A stretch of 59,092 bases of DNA from Lysobacterales bacterium. GTDB taxonomy: Bacteria; Pseudomonadota; Gammaproteobacteria; Xanthomonadales; SZUA-36. Positions within the stretch are counted from its first letter, which is position 1, and the number at the start of each line of letters is the position of its first letter. Location of the stretch: assembly GCA_011524975.1 (NCBI GenBank), contig WTJD01000029.1, forward strand, positions 1 to 59,092, read 5' to 3'. Shown here piece after piece: positions 18,097-27,725 of this stretch. The position numbers were made by a program, and so were the translations under genes. Below the pieces are notes generated by a model, which was not told the origin of the DNA, did no database searches, and saw only the letters and a program-made list of their open reading frames with translations.

Positions 18097-18135
18097 GCCC
18101 GAAACCCTGGCCCGAAACCTTGGCCCGAAAATGAA
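18097..18135. repeat. Tandem ~13-nt direct repeat, 3 copies
   Basis: The copies gcccgaaaccctg / gcccgaaaccttg / gcccgaaaatgaa lie in the intergenic region between the methyltransferase stop (18171) and the carbonic anhydrase start (17972). Confidence 0.8.
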
Positions 18136-18170
18136 CACCCAGGCGTCCGGGGCTCAAACACCCGAGCGGT

Positions 18171-19031
18171 TTATGCGGGTGGGGCACCTGCTCCGGGCGA
18201 TCGCGGCGCGACCAGCAGGGTCAATTCCGCGTTGGCCCACGGCCCCGCCCATCGGAGCGGACTGTGCAGATGACGAATCTCCCTGAAAGACCGTCGCAAC
18301 TGTGAGCGGAATGCCCGGTAATCAAAACCCGTGTGGTGCAGGTAGTAACGCGAACCCGGCATCAGTTCAACCGTTGGCCGGTCCACGGGCGGCCTTGCCA
18401 GTGTGCTGCGGAGCACGTTTGGCCAGCTGGCGTCATATTCACCGTAGCGCCGGAGCATGCGGAACAGGCCTTTGAGCAACGCCGGCGGTCCGATCTCGAT
18501 GGGCACGCCGATAATCGCATGACCCTGTTGGCTAAGCAGCCGATCAATGCCGCGCAAGGCTTGCGCCATCTCCTCGAGCGGGAGATGCTCAAACACTTCA
18601 AGCCCAAACACGATATCCGCAACGCCGGCAGGCAATTCATCCAGGCCGGCAGCAAACTCGATGCCCGGGCAAGCGGAAAGGTTATCGCGAGCCTGCAGCA
18701 GCAGGCCAGGGTGCGGTTCGTAACAGACGATCCGGGTTGAGGGGAACTGCCCGGCGAGCCACTTGCAAAATTCCCCGTTGCCGGCGCCGAAATCCACCAT
18801 CAAACGAGGCTCATCGAGCGCGGAAGCCAGCCGCAGGGCGTCCTGCAAGCGCCTCGACTGCAGGTAACGCTTGACACGGTTGCGGTCATCAAAAGTCTTT
18901 TCCGCGTAGGTCGTTTCCACTGGGTTTTCGCTGGCAGGCATGTTCTTACCGGTTCGCTGTGCCCGGGGCTCGAACCCGGCCCTGGGCTGCCCCGCTGATG
19001 TCACCATGGATGTAGGCGTCGATATGATCAC
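18171..19031 (-). CDS. Class I SAM-dependent methyltransferase
   Basis: It has motif I LMVDFGAGNGEF and the segment DIVFGLEVFEHL. The true start may be the internal MPASENP at 18941. Confidence 0.75.
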   Translation of the reverse strand: MIISTPTSMVTSAGQPRAGFEPRAQRTGKNMPASENPVETTYAEKTFDDRNRVKRYLQSRRLQDALRLASALDEPRLMVDFGAGNGEFCKWLAGQFPSTRIVCYEPHPGLLLQARDNLSACPGIEFAAGLDELPAGVADIVFGLEVFEHLPLEEMAQALRGIDRLLSQQGHAIIGVPIEIGPPALLKGLFRMLRRYGEYDASWPNVLRSTLARPPVDRPTVELMPGSRYYLHHTGFDYRAFRSQLRRSFREIRHLHSPLRWAGPWANAELTLLVAPRSPGAGAPPA

Positions 19032-19316
19032 CGAAGCTTAACCCGTTAAAGCAGCGAAAATTTTAGAGGATTTCACCGGCTGCCGCCCAGAAATAGTGCA
19101 CAGGCATATCACCCATGCACATCACACTGGCACATCACCCAGGCAGCAAAAACGCGGGCGCGGCGCAGAGCCCCGGCTCAGATGACATACACGCAAACTG
19201 ATAAACCTGACAGTATTCAGCGTGTTTGCCGCTATTGTAGACTTCAGGCTTCATGGACTGTGAGGGGCCTCGCAATAGTCCATCTGAAAACAACATGAAC
19301 AAGATCTGGTGATCAT

Positions 19317-21272
19317 ATGAAACCTGGAAGGTCAACTTGGATACTGGCGCTGGCGCTGTGCTTCTCGACGGCAACGATGGCCGCGCCGGGCAAAGGCAAG
19401 GGCAATGGCGGAGGAAACTCCGGTGGCGGCGGCGGAGAATCAGGTGACGCCCTGGTCAGCGTCAGCGACGCGGAGTGGGACGAAACCGCGGTTCGCAAAG
19501 TGCTGGCGGCATTTGCCTATGGCGGGCTTGCCACCGACGCTCAGATTTCCGCCTGGGCGGATATGTCGCCCGGTGATGCCATCACGCAAATCCTGACGTT
19601 CAACCCGAACAATGACCTGCTCTCTCCACCCGATGGGGGTGACAACAGTTCCGCGCATTGTGACTCCGTGGAAGCCATGCAGGACTTCTGGAGCGGCAAC
19701 GATGCGGGCAACATCATGAAGTACGCCGACCGTCACCGTTACGCCACCTTGAGCGGTAGCGGATCGGTGAGCGGCTCGAACCTGCAGCGAACCTGGACCA
19801 AGATGATCAGCACCCGTGGCTGTAATCCATTCCTGCATAAAATGGCGTTTTTCCTCACCAACTATCACGCCGCCATCAGCATTCACAAGACGCGTGGAGG
19901 CCTGATCAGGTCTTACTATGACGACGTTCTTGGCGAGTTGATTCGCAGCGGAAACTTCGTGGATGTCATGACGGTCGCGGCCAGCCACGCGGCCGTCGCG
20001 AGAGGCTACGGGCATCAGAACAGCAAGTACAGAAACAACCGGGAAGCTTTTTTTGGCACCGACGATTTTGCCCGCGAATTTCACCAGCTCTTCTTCCGTA
20101 ATTACGGGGAAACGGAGGATATGGACTACCACGAGGACGTCACCATTGAGCACACAGCGTGGATGCTCAGCGGCATGAACCTCGATAAGGAACAGGGCGC
20201 ATACGGCGCCACCAACAGCAACGACTGGTGGGTCGCGCCCATCGTGTTCACGGATCACTACGACCTCAACAGTTCGCCGCGTTATGTCAAGAACGAAACT
20301 TTCCACTATCACAGCGCGGAGGGCGCGGGCAGCTGCCTTGAGATTTTGAGCAACAACATCTGCGGCGCCAATGCGGGGGATAAAATCGCCGCGCTCGCGC
20401 CCGTCGCGGCCGCCCACCCCGAAAGCCTGGCCAATGTTCCGGTGTACATGGTCGACTTTTTCGCCGACGACAACCTGGACGAGACCAAGTCTGGCCAGAT
20501 CAGGGCGAGCTGGGCAGCGGCGAACTTCGATATGCTTGGTTTCCTTCGCGCCTATGCCACGTCCACGGCATTTCACAGCAGTACGACCTACAAGTACAAA
20601 ACCGCTTTTGACAGAAACCTCTTCCTGCAGAACATGCAGATACTGACGAATGAAGAAAACTTCGCCAAGGATCACTACGACTCACCACACAACCGCATGA
20701 GAGACCAGGGCGCTGAGCCGTTCCACCCGGCGCATGATGTATTCGGCGGGCAGACCGGATTGCAGGCAGCCAACAGCCGCTACCTGTTCCGAAGCGCTAT
20801 GTGGGCGAATGTCAACAGTCCGACCTTTTTTGATGACTACAGCGATGAATACACGCTGGAAGCAGGCACGGACACCAGCCCCGCGCCGGTGTACGTCTGG
20901 CAGAAAGATTGGGCCAGCGTTATTCCCGTGAATGGGAACCTCGAACACCGGGTCGATGAAGTGGCCGTCTGGCTGTGGAACCGGTTTATAGGCGATGGAG
21001 GCAGCAACCTCGACGACATCGCCCGCGCGCAGGTTCATGCCATGCTGGCCACCGGTCACGATCTGGGCTACGCCATGGACCCCGACAACGCAAGCGTGGT
21101 CTACAGCAGCCGTGACATCACGCACAAGAAGGGCGTGGCGCGCAAGCTGGATGAGGCCCACGCGGCATACGTAATGAACGATCTATCGGATTACAACTTC
21201 AACAAACGCATTGGCATGGCCATCAATTTCATCAGCGTTCTGCCATACGCATTTGTCATGGAGGGGCAGTGA
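19317..21272 (+). CDS. Secreted DUF1800-like protein (partner of the DUF1501 protein)
   Basis: It has a signal peptide followed by a Gly-rich tract (GKGKGNGGGNSGGGGG). At 651 aa it sits immediately upstream of a DUF1501 gene, with stop and ATG 1 nt apart, which is the canonical pairing. My direct motif recognition of DUF1800 is weak. Confidence 0.5.
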   Translation: MKPGRSTWILALALCFSTATMAAPGKGKGNGGGNSGGGGGESGDALVSVSDAEWDETAVRKVLAAFAYGGLATDAQISAWADMSPGDAITQILTFNPNNDLLSPPDGGDNSSAHCDSVEAMQDFWSGNDAGNIMKYADRHRYATLSGSGSVSGSNLQRTWTKMISTRGCNPFLHKMAFFLTNYHAAISIHKTRGGLIRSYYDDVLGELIRSGNFVDVMTVAASHAAVARGYGHQNSKYRNNREAFFGTDDFAREFHQLFFRNYGETEDMDYHEDVTIEHTAWMLSGMNLDKEQGAYGATNSNDWWVAPIVFTDHYDLNSSPRYVKNETFHYHSAEGAGSCLEILSNNICGANAGDKIAALAPVAAAHPESLANVPVYMVDFFADDNLDETKSGQIRASWAAANFDMLGFLRAYATSTAFHSSTTYKYKTAFDRNLFLQNMQILTNEENFAKDHYDSPHNRMRDQGAEPFHPAHDVFGGQTGLQAANSRYLFRSAMWANVNSPTFFDDYSDEYTLEAGTDTSPAPVYVWQKDWASVIPVNGNLEHRVDEVAVWLWNRFIGDGGSNLDDIARAQVHAMLATGHDLGYAMDPDNASVVYSSRDITHKKGVARKLDEAHAAYVMNDLSDYNFNKRIGMAINFISVLPYAFVMEGQ

Positions 21273-21273
21273 C

Positions 21274-22710
21274 ATGAACCAGAATCGCAGAGACTTTCTT
21301 CGCACCACCATGCTGGCGTCGCTGGCCGGCGGCGTTGGACTTGGGCTGGGCGCACCGGGCAGGGCCCTGGCGGCCTGCACGACGGCACCCATGCCCCGGA
21401 CACTGATCAACCTCATGTTGTACGGGGGCATGGATTCCCGGTTTGTATTCATGCCCTCTCCATCCCATCCGGATACCGCGTACCTGGACAAGTTGTGGGC
21501 CGCGCGCAGGGCGCTTTACTCCAGCAGCTATACGGATTACGCGACCATGTTCGCCAATGAATACCTGCTCACCAATGATCCGGGTGGCGGTCCGTCATTT
21601 GGTATCTTCAAGCAGTGTGGATGGCTCAAGTCCCAGTTTGATCAGGGTCGCGTGGCCGTCGTTGCCAACAGCTTTTGCTCCCGCAACCGGAGGCATGATC
21701 AATCCCAGTTGAACGCCAACACCGGTGAACCCCAATATGATCGGCTGATTTACAGCCGAGACGGCTGGGGCGGCAGGCTGGCGGAACAATGCGGTGCATC
21801 CGTGAAAACCGTGGAACTCAGCCACGAAGTCTCCGTGTTCGCGCAGGGCACAGATACAGGTGACCGGCTGAAACAGGTGGTCCACGCGCAGGACACGAGA
21901 AACATTGCTCTGCCCAACGAGGACCCGACTTCGCCCAGGACCCATCGAAAGAATGTTTTGGCACGCGCGCTGAAGTCCTACTATGAGGCACGAGGCGAAG
22001 AAACTTCGGGTTCGAATTCGCCTGAACGAGTCTTTTTCCAGCACAACGCCGCATTCAGAGCCTTGGGTGATGAAGTCGAGGCCAGGCTGGATGCCTGTGG
22101 GCCGCTGCCCGCGGAGCTCTCTGGCCTGAGCCTTAACTCAGGTCACTTCGCGCAGCAGTGCCGGAATCTGTATGACGTTTGCCAGTCACCCGACCTGTTC
22201 AATGTCCGCCTGATGTCCATGCGCTATAACGGGTGGGATACGCATCACACCCAGCATAGCCGGCTGAGCAGCAATCTGGCAGATGTATTCGGCGCCAATG
22301 GCGGCCTTGCCACGGCTTTTCAACAGATCGACACGCTGCCCGGTTCGACCAATCAACCCGGTGATCAACTGACGCTGTTCGTATCCTCGGATTTTGGCCG
22401 ACAACTGATCGCCAACGGCAACGCGGGAACAGACCATGGCCGCGGGATTTACACCATCTTGCTGGGCGCGCAGGTCAATGGCGGGGTCTACGGCGAAATG
22501 TTTCCCGAGCGGGAGGCGGTTGCGGATGAAAACGGCCGGGTACCACTGGAGACTTCCGGAGCGGATATTCTTGGACAAACATCGACAGAGCGCGTCTTGT
22601 CCCAGGCCTGTGAATGGATGCAGCCGGGCAGCGCGGCGGCCGTGTTCCCGAATGCGGCAAGCTCGGATGTGGAGAGCCCGGGGCTGCTTGACAACCTGAT
22701 GTCTGTTTAG
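21274..22710 (+). CDS. DUF1501-family (sulfatase/phosphatase-fold) protein with a Tat signal
   Basis: I trimmed the start to MNQNRRDFLRTTMLASLAGGVGLGLGAPGRALA (twin-arginine signal). It carries the GWDTHHTQ, SSDFGR and GTDHGRG motifs typical of DUF1501. Confidence 0.75.
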   Translation: MNQNRRDFLRTTMLASLAGGVGLGLGAPGRALAACTTAPMPRTLINLMLYGGMDSRFVFMPSPSHPDTAYLDKLWAARRALYSSSYTDYATMFANEYLLTNDPGGGPSFGIFKQCGWLKSQFDQGRVAVVANSFCSRNRRHDQSQLNANTGEPQYDRLIYSRDGWGGRLAEQCGASVKTVELSHEVSVFAQGTDTGDRLKQVVHAQDTRNIALPNEDPTSPRTHRKNVLARALKSYYEARGEETSGSNSPERVFFQHNAAFRALGDEVEARLDACGPLPAELSGLSLNSGHFAQQCRNLYDVCQSPDLFNVRLMSMRYNGWDTHHTQHSRLSSNLADVFGANGGLATAFQQIDTLPGSTNQPGDQLTLFVSSDFGRQLIANGNAGTDHGRGIYTILLGAQVNGGVYGEMFPEREAVADENGRVPLETSGADILGQTSTERVLSQACEWMQPGSAAAVFPNAASSDVESPGLLDNLMSV

Positions 22711-22764
22711 GCCTTGTTCAACGCCGGAGCAGACCGAGTGAGTGCGTGGGTCAGCCAGCCGTTC

Positions 22765-23490
22765 TCAACGGCTGGCCACGCGATCCCCGCCGCCAAACCC
22801 GGTCATGGGGAGCTTTTCAGGCCGATAATCTAAAATTCGTCCGCCCGGCGCTGGCGCCTGCAGCCCAACCCAAACGCCCGCCGGGTCGTACCACAGCGAA
22901 ATGACGCCTTTTTCCAGCTTGAGGTCGTGCCTTTCGGCCAGAATCGTTTCGCCCATCACCTGGATTTCTTCCTGCCGGGGCGGCTGGGCCTGCACGTCAA
23001 CGAGTTGACCCGTCTGCGCATTGAGCAAGCTGGGCATATCCAGCAAGCGCTTGTCCCAATAGGCGAAACTGCGTACGCAGTCCTTGGGTATGGACGTGGT
23101 GTCGGCCTGTGTCGCCACCTGGAAACCCGTCGTCTCAGCCGTGCCCTTCACCGCGTAGCTCTTTTTGCCAGCGCGGGTCGATGAATTTAAGTCTTGCAGA
23201 CAGTCGCCGAACCACAATTCTTGCGTGGTATGCCGATAGCTGAATGCATTGAAAAACAGGATTTTGACGTCAAAGCTGGCGTCGACCCCAACCCGGCGTT
23301 CTTGCGCGTCGCCCTGGACTCGGAAGTGGTGATACCCCACCTCTTTTTCATCCAGGTAGACGCGAAACTCCCACTGTCGGTCCTCACTGGCCCGCATCGA
23401 CTCCGTGGCGGGGGCTGCCTGGGCCGCCATAATCGCGAGTATGACCGCAGACGACAACCCCGCTCTGTTACGTCGAGCCGTATCAGCCAT
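22765..23490 (-). CDS. Secreted protein of unknown function
   Basis: I trimmed the start to MADTARRNRAGLSSAVILAIMAAQAAPA (signal-like). It overlaps the upstream membrane-protein gene by 8 nt. I recognised no family. Confidence 0.5.
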   Translation of the reverse strand: MADTARRNRAGLSSAVILAIMAAQAAPATESMRASEDRQWEFRVYLDEKEVGYHHFRVQGDAQERRVGVDASFDVKILFFNAFSYRHTTQELWFGDCLQDLNSSTRAGKKSYAVKGTAETTGFQVATQADTTSIPKDCVRSFAYWDKRLLDMPSLLNAQTGQLVDVQAQPPRQEEIQVMGETILAERHDLKLEKGVISLWYDPAGVWVGLQAPAPGGRILDYRPEKLPMTGFGGGDRVASR

Positions 23491-24100
23491 GAAGCAGCGC
23501 CTGGTGGTGCGTGATGTGAACCGGTTCGAGCGCCGATCGCTTTTGCGCTGCGCGCTTGCCACGCGCATTGCCGCTGGCCTCAAACCATTCGCTGTCGGTG
23601 ATGACGTCTGAAATCAGACAGGCCAGCGGAAGCAGAATGGCCCAGCCCGCGGCCAGGACGCCCATCGCCACGAGGGTGTCCCCGAACGCCACTGCCCCCA
23701 TCTTCGAACCGGCATAGAAGGCGGCAGGCCCGCCGATCAAGCCGAAGACGACGGGATAAATCCAATGGCGCTTCAGCCAGCTCAGCCCGTAGTTAATGGT
23801 GGTCCCAAACAGGACCCACATGGACACGATCCACGCCGGCGCCAGCCAGTCCCCGCCGTCAGTGCCCACGTATTGAAGCAAGCCCGTACCCGCGAGCACG
23901 CTCTCCCACACCAAACCCAAACCCGCTGCGCAGAGCAGGAAGAGTGCTTCCTTGGCCGGCACGGCAACCCGCGCCAAATGAATGCCGGCCACCACGGCGA
24001 CGGAGAGCAGTGACAACAGCGGCATGCCGGCGGCCGCAAAAAGTATGCAAGCGATCCAGCCGACTTTGAAGAAAATCAGATTTTGGGCTGTCTTGAACAT
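23483..24100 (-). CDS. Polytopic inner-membrane protein of unknown function
   Basis: I trimmed the start to MFKTAQNLIFFKVGWIACILF. It has about 5-6 hydrophobic helices. A resemblance to DUF2878 is only a vague recollection. Confidence 0.45.
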   Translation of the reverse strand: MFKTAQNLIFFKVGWIACILFAAAGMPLLSLLSVAVVAGIHLARVAVPAKEALFLLCAAGLGLVWESVLAGTGLLQYVGTDGGDWLAPAWIVSMWVLFGTTINYGLSWLKRHWIYPVVFGLIGGPAAFYAGSKMGAVAFGDTLVAMGVLAAGWAILLPLACLISDVITDSEWFEASGNARGKRAAQKRSALEPVHITHHQALLHG

Positions 24101-24228
24101 GGTTCCTGCTCCATCAAGTGAATGTTCGAGGCTCAGTATCAAGCCGTGCTGGTGAAACGGCCGTTTCGGTCACGTGAAGAAAATGTGAAGTGCCCGTGGT
24201 ACGCTGCCGGCCCGCCGGGGGATGCCGT

Positions 24229-25509
24229 TTACCCGATTTGATGATCTGGAAACTCGACACTCACACGCGTGCCCTGGCCGGGTTCGCTCTCGATGCTGAC
24301 CGGCCACTCGAACCGATCCGTAAGGCGCTTGACGATCGTCAGGCCCACGCCGAACCCACCGCGTCTTCGCTGACCGCGAAAATACGGCTGAAATAACTGC
24401 TCGACCTCTTCCGGCGCCATGCCCGGACCGGTATCTTCGATGATGACCCGGCCAGGGCTGATATGGACGCTGACACTGCCCTCGTCGGTATAGGCCAGCG
24501 CGTTTCTCAACAGGTTTCCGATGACGCTCTCCACAACCTTGCCCGGGGCGGGCACCAGCAAAACGCATTGTTCATCGACGTTGAACATCAGCCCCTTGTC
24601 TGGATGGATCACTTTCGACCTGTCCAGTTCCGCCTGGACCAACTCGTTGACGTTGACCAGTTCCTTTTCAAGGGTGCTGTTGGATTCGCGAGCCAGCAAC
24701 AGGAATGCGGACGTCAACTGCTCCATGTCGCGGGCAGAGTTTTTGATTCTCATCAGTGATTCGCGATCAGCATCACCCAGGCCGGGCGCGCGCAACAACC
24801 TTCCTGCCGCGATGTTGATGACGGTCAGTGGAGTTCGTAATTCGTGGCTGGCATCACGGGTGAACCTCCGCTCCCGCTCAGCGAATTCAACCACACGATT
24901 GACCAGCCCCTCGAGTGCCTCGGCCAGGGTTCGCGCCTCGTCATCTTTCTGGTAGCCGGAGGACTCACCAAACAGCCTGGCATCCGGCTGTGTGGGGTCG
25001 AGTCGCTTGACCCGGCTGGCCAGGTCAATCAGAGGCGAAACTGCACGCCGCGAGACCCGGTAAGCGCTGAACAGGGACAGGTAAATGACCGTAAGTGCAA
25101 TGGCCAGGGGCACGATACCGAAGGTGGTCACCAGGTCATTGACCTGCCCTGATTCAAAGACCAGGTATAAGCGCTGCCCGTCGCGCTCGGTCACGTAGGT
25201 GAGGGTCTCTCGTGGCGTCTTGCGATGATGGTAACCGGGCTCGAGTGGCCGGAGGTCTAACGGCACACCGATGCCGAACCCTTCGCGATAGGCCGTCAGA
25301 TTCAGCGTGTCCGGCAGGACCGCGGCGGGGTTTTCATCCACGCGCTCCCAGTAGTAGTTGGCTTCACCCGTGAGCGCCTGCTCGATCAGGACGTCTTTAA
25401 GCAGAATGGCAACAACATAGATGCCCACCAGCACTGCGATACTGATGTAGACCGCCTGGAGCAACAACTCCCGGCCGAGCCTGCGCGTCAGACCATGTTC
25501 AACCGCCAT
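24229..25509 (-). CDS. Sensor histidine kinase (2 TM helices, ~110-aa periplasmic loop)
   Basis: It has the H-box FTRDASHELRTPLT, the N-box LLRNALAYT and the G-boxes EDTGPGM and GGFGVGLTIVKRL. I trimmed the start to MAVEHGL, which overlaps the response-regulator stop. Confidence 0.9.
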   Translation of the reverse strand: MAVEHGLTRRLGRELLLQAVYISIAVLVGIYVVAILLKDVLIEQALTGEANYYWERVDENPAAVLPDTLNLTAYREGFGIGVPLDLRPLEPGYHHRKTPRETLTYVTERDGQRLYLVFESGQVNDLVTTFGIVPLAIALTVIYLSLFSAYRVSRRAVSPLIDLASRVKRLDPTQPDARLFGESSGYQKDDEARTLAEALEGLVNRVVEFAERERRFTRDASHELRTPLTVINIAAGRLLRAPGLGDADRESLMRIKNSARDMEQLTSAFLLLARESNSTLEKELVNVNELVQAELDRSKVIHPDKGLMFNVDEQCVLLVPAPGKVVESVIGNLLRNALAYTDEGSVSVHISPGRVIIEDTGPGMAPEEVEQLFQPYFRGQRRRGGFGVGLTIVKRLTDRFEWPVSIESEPGQGTRVSVEFPDHQIG

Positions 25510-26191
25510 CTTTTCGGTGCAGGCGGTAACCCATCCCGGGAATGTTGTGCAGCAGCGGCTGATCAAAGGGCTGGTCGACCGCTTTTCTCAGGTTGTACAG
25601 ATGACTTCGCAAGGCATCGCTGTCTGGCACGATGTCACCCCAGACGGTTTTCTCGAGCGTGGCCTTGGAGAGCACTTTGGGGGATGCCTTCATCAAGGCG
25701 ACCAGCAACTTCAGCCCAATTGGCGTCAATTTCAACTCCTCACCCTGGCGATGAACTTCCATGGTGCCGGTATTCACTTCAAGGTCGGCCACCCGAAAAA
25801 CCTCGGCCGCCACCTCTCCACCCGCGCGACGCAGCATGGCTCTCACGCGCGCGTCCAACTCTTCGAGATCGAACGGCTTCACCAGGTAATCATCGGCACC
25901 CGCGTCGAGCCCCGCCACTTTATCTTCCAGCGTGTCGCGCGCGGTGAGCATCAGCAAGGGGGTACTCTTGCCTGCCTCGCCCCGAAGCTTTTTGCACACA
26001 TCCAGGCCATCCATACCAGGGAGCATCAGGTCAAGAATGATGACGTCGAAGTCTTGCGTGACCGCAAGGTGCAGACCTGTAACACCGTCACCGGCGTAGT
26101 CCACTTCGTAGCCTTCATGCTCCAGATGCTCGCCGACCATGGCCGCGATATCGTGGTTGTCTTCGATGAGTAGTATCAGCGACACCGGCAC
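25499..26191 (-). CDS. OmpR-family response regulator
   Basis: The receiver domain has LILLIEDN and DVIILDLMLPGMDG. A winged-helix C-terminus is present. Confidence 0.92.
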   Translation of the reverse strand: MPVSLILLIEDNHDIAAMVGEHLEHEGYEVDYAGDGVTGLHLAVTQDFDVIILDLMLPGMDGLDVCKKLRGEAGKSTPLLMLTARDTLEDKVAGLDAGADDYLVKPFDLEELDARVRAMLRRAGGEVAAEVFRVADLEVNTGTMEVHRQGEELKLTPIGLKLLVALMKASPKVLSKATLEKTVWGDIVPDSDALRSHLYNLRKAVDQPFDQPLLHNIPGMGYRLHRKDGG

Positions 26192-26210
26192 TTCCTTTTA
26201 TGTTCACATT

Positions 26211-26726
26211 TCAGTCTAGTAGCGATTGCGTGAAATTGCCGTGAAAGACTCGGCCCGGTGCGGAAGCAGCGCTTCCCCCGGACTGACCATCGCCGAGCGC
26301 ACAAACCGCCGCTGGTGATGCCTGATATTCTGCGAAAAGCAAGTCTGCTGTCGCGTTTTCCTGTGGTGTCAGCGCCTGGTATTGGCGCTCGATGCCCCAG
26401 CCGTAACCCCAGCGGTACCAGTTAATGAAATAAGGGCTACCCCCCGCACGGACACCCTGGTACATCAAAGTGGCAAGCGCCACATCACCGGTTTTGGCTT
26501 CAACGCAGCGCTTGAGTTCCTGATCGGCCGCCTCACGCTGTTTCTCGGTCCCCCCCCGCCAGTAGGCCACATCATGCTCGAAGCAGCAGGAACACCAGTC
26601 AATCTCGGAAATGAGCGAACGATCCGGGAACAGCGAACAACCGTCGCTGGTGAATGGTGACAACGAGGATGGCTTGCCACAGGAAACCAGGACGGCCCAG
26701 CTGATCAGGATGAATAATTTACGCAC
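26211..26726 (-). CDS. Lipoprotein with a phospholipase A2-like CCxxHDxxY motif
   Basis: It has the lipobox LVSCG, and SCCFEHDVAYWRGG resembles the PLA2 His-Asp catalytic motif (CCxxHDxCY). It lies 19 nt upstream of the response-regulator gene. Confidence 0.4.
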   Translation of the reverse strand: MRKLFILISWAVLVSCGKPSSLSPFTSDGCSLFPDRSLISEIDWCSCCFEHDVAYWRGGTEKQREAADQELKRCVEAKTGDVALATLMYQGVRAGGSPYFINWYRWGYGWGIERQYQALTPQENATADLLFAEYQASPAAVCALGDGQSGGSAASAPGRVFHGNFTQSLLD

Positions 26727-26835
26727 GACAAACCCGTTCGCAGCTGATTGACGTCTGACAGATGCAGCACATACTTCGCTGCCTCATTGAAGCGTTATTC
26801 GACGTGCAAGCATGAGCATGACCCTCGATCGTAGG

Positions 26836-27174
26836 TCACAAGCCATAAACCAACTGCAAGCCTTCATCGATTCGCGCCAGTATTTTTCCGGGAAGCGCTT
26901 TTGCCTTTTTTGTGAGAACCGACTTATCCACCGTAAGCACTTGCGAAACGTTGACCACGGAGGGTTTGGAGAGTCCTGAGTCTGTTTTTGACACGCGAAC
27001 ATTTCCCGGCGCGTTCGCGAGTGAAAGATTTGAAGAGATTACAGCCACCAGGACCGTGGAGATCCTGCTTTGATTGAAGGCGTTGGCCTGAATGACCAAT
27101 ACAGGCCGCCGATAACCCGGCCCTGAACCCGAAGCCGGAGGCAGCGATGCCCACCAGACTTCACCACGCTTCAT
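26836..27174 (-). CDS. MazF/PemK-family type II toxin (endoribonuclease)
   Basis: MKRGEVWWASLPP...GYRRPVLVIQANAFN...VLVAVISS...VNVSQVLTVDK matches the PemK/MazF pattern. Confidence 0.85.
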   Translation of the reverse strand: MKRGEVWWASLPPASGSGPGYRRPVLVIQANAFNQSRISTVLVAVISSNLSLANAPGNVRVSKTDSGLSKPSVVNVSQVLTVDKSVLTKKAKALPGKILARIDEGLQLVYGL

Positions 27175-27397
27175 GATCGACGGCTTCGAATTGAGCCCTG
27201 GTCAGCCCTTCATCCAGCCCTGAGGTTTCCCGGCCATAAACCTCATTGAGAAGCGCGGTCACCGATTCGGAGTTTCTGGACTCGAGATAGGCCGCCAATG
27301 CTTCGGCAAACAATTGGCTACGCGGAATATCACGTTCTTTCGCCAGTTGTTCAGCGGCTTCGAAGATGGGATCTGGGATGGATACTGCAACTTTCAT
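27161..27397 (-). CDS. Ribbon-helix-helix antitoxin
   Basis: The 78-aa protein starts MKVAVSIPDPIFEAAEQLAKERDIPRSQLFAEALAAYLE (RHH/CopG-like) and overlaps the toxin gene by 14 nt. Confidence 0.75.
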   Translation of the reverse strand: MKVAVSIPDPIFEAAEQLAKERDIPRSQLFAEALAAYLESRNSESVTALLNEVYGRETSGLDEGLTRAQFEAVDHEAW

Positions 27398-27452
27398 TCC
27401 TCTAGGGTATCACTCTGGTAATACCGCCACAAACCCGGGGCCTGACCGCAAC

Positions 27453-27686
27453 TCATTCGCCGCGGCTTTTATCATCCGCGATGCCAGCAACAGCGCGACA
27501 AATTTCAGCAAACGCCAACCCAAAAACGGGTATGGCCCAGGTGATTTCGAAAGGCTGAAGACCCTGACCCGAGAAAGCCGCATAAACCCAACCCACCAGA
27601 ATGACCGCTATGAGAAAGGCATTGAAAAGGGTCATAAAACTTCCCATGAACCGTAGCAATCGATAATTCGAGCGCTCAACTGCCAA
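27453..27686 (-). CDS. Small 2-TM membrane protein, unknown function
   Basis: The 77-aa protein has two hydrophobic helices and lies in the lower-GC tract. Confidence 0.4.
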   Translation of the reverse strand: MAVERSNYRLLRFMGSFMTLFNAFLIAVILVGWVYAAFSGQGLQPFEITWAIPVFGLAFAEICRAVAGIADDKSRGE

Positions 27687-27725
27687 TGGCGTACTACTTA
27701 CTAAAGGTTGAATGGTGACGCCCAG

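Noticed and set aside
27398-27452. An operator-like dyad might lie upstream of the RHH antitoxin gene.
   Set aside because: Only a 5-bp ggtat/atacc dyad is visible, which is too weak to call as a feature.
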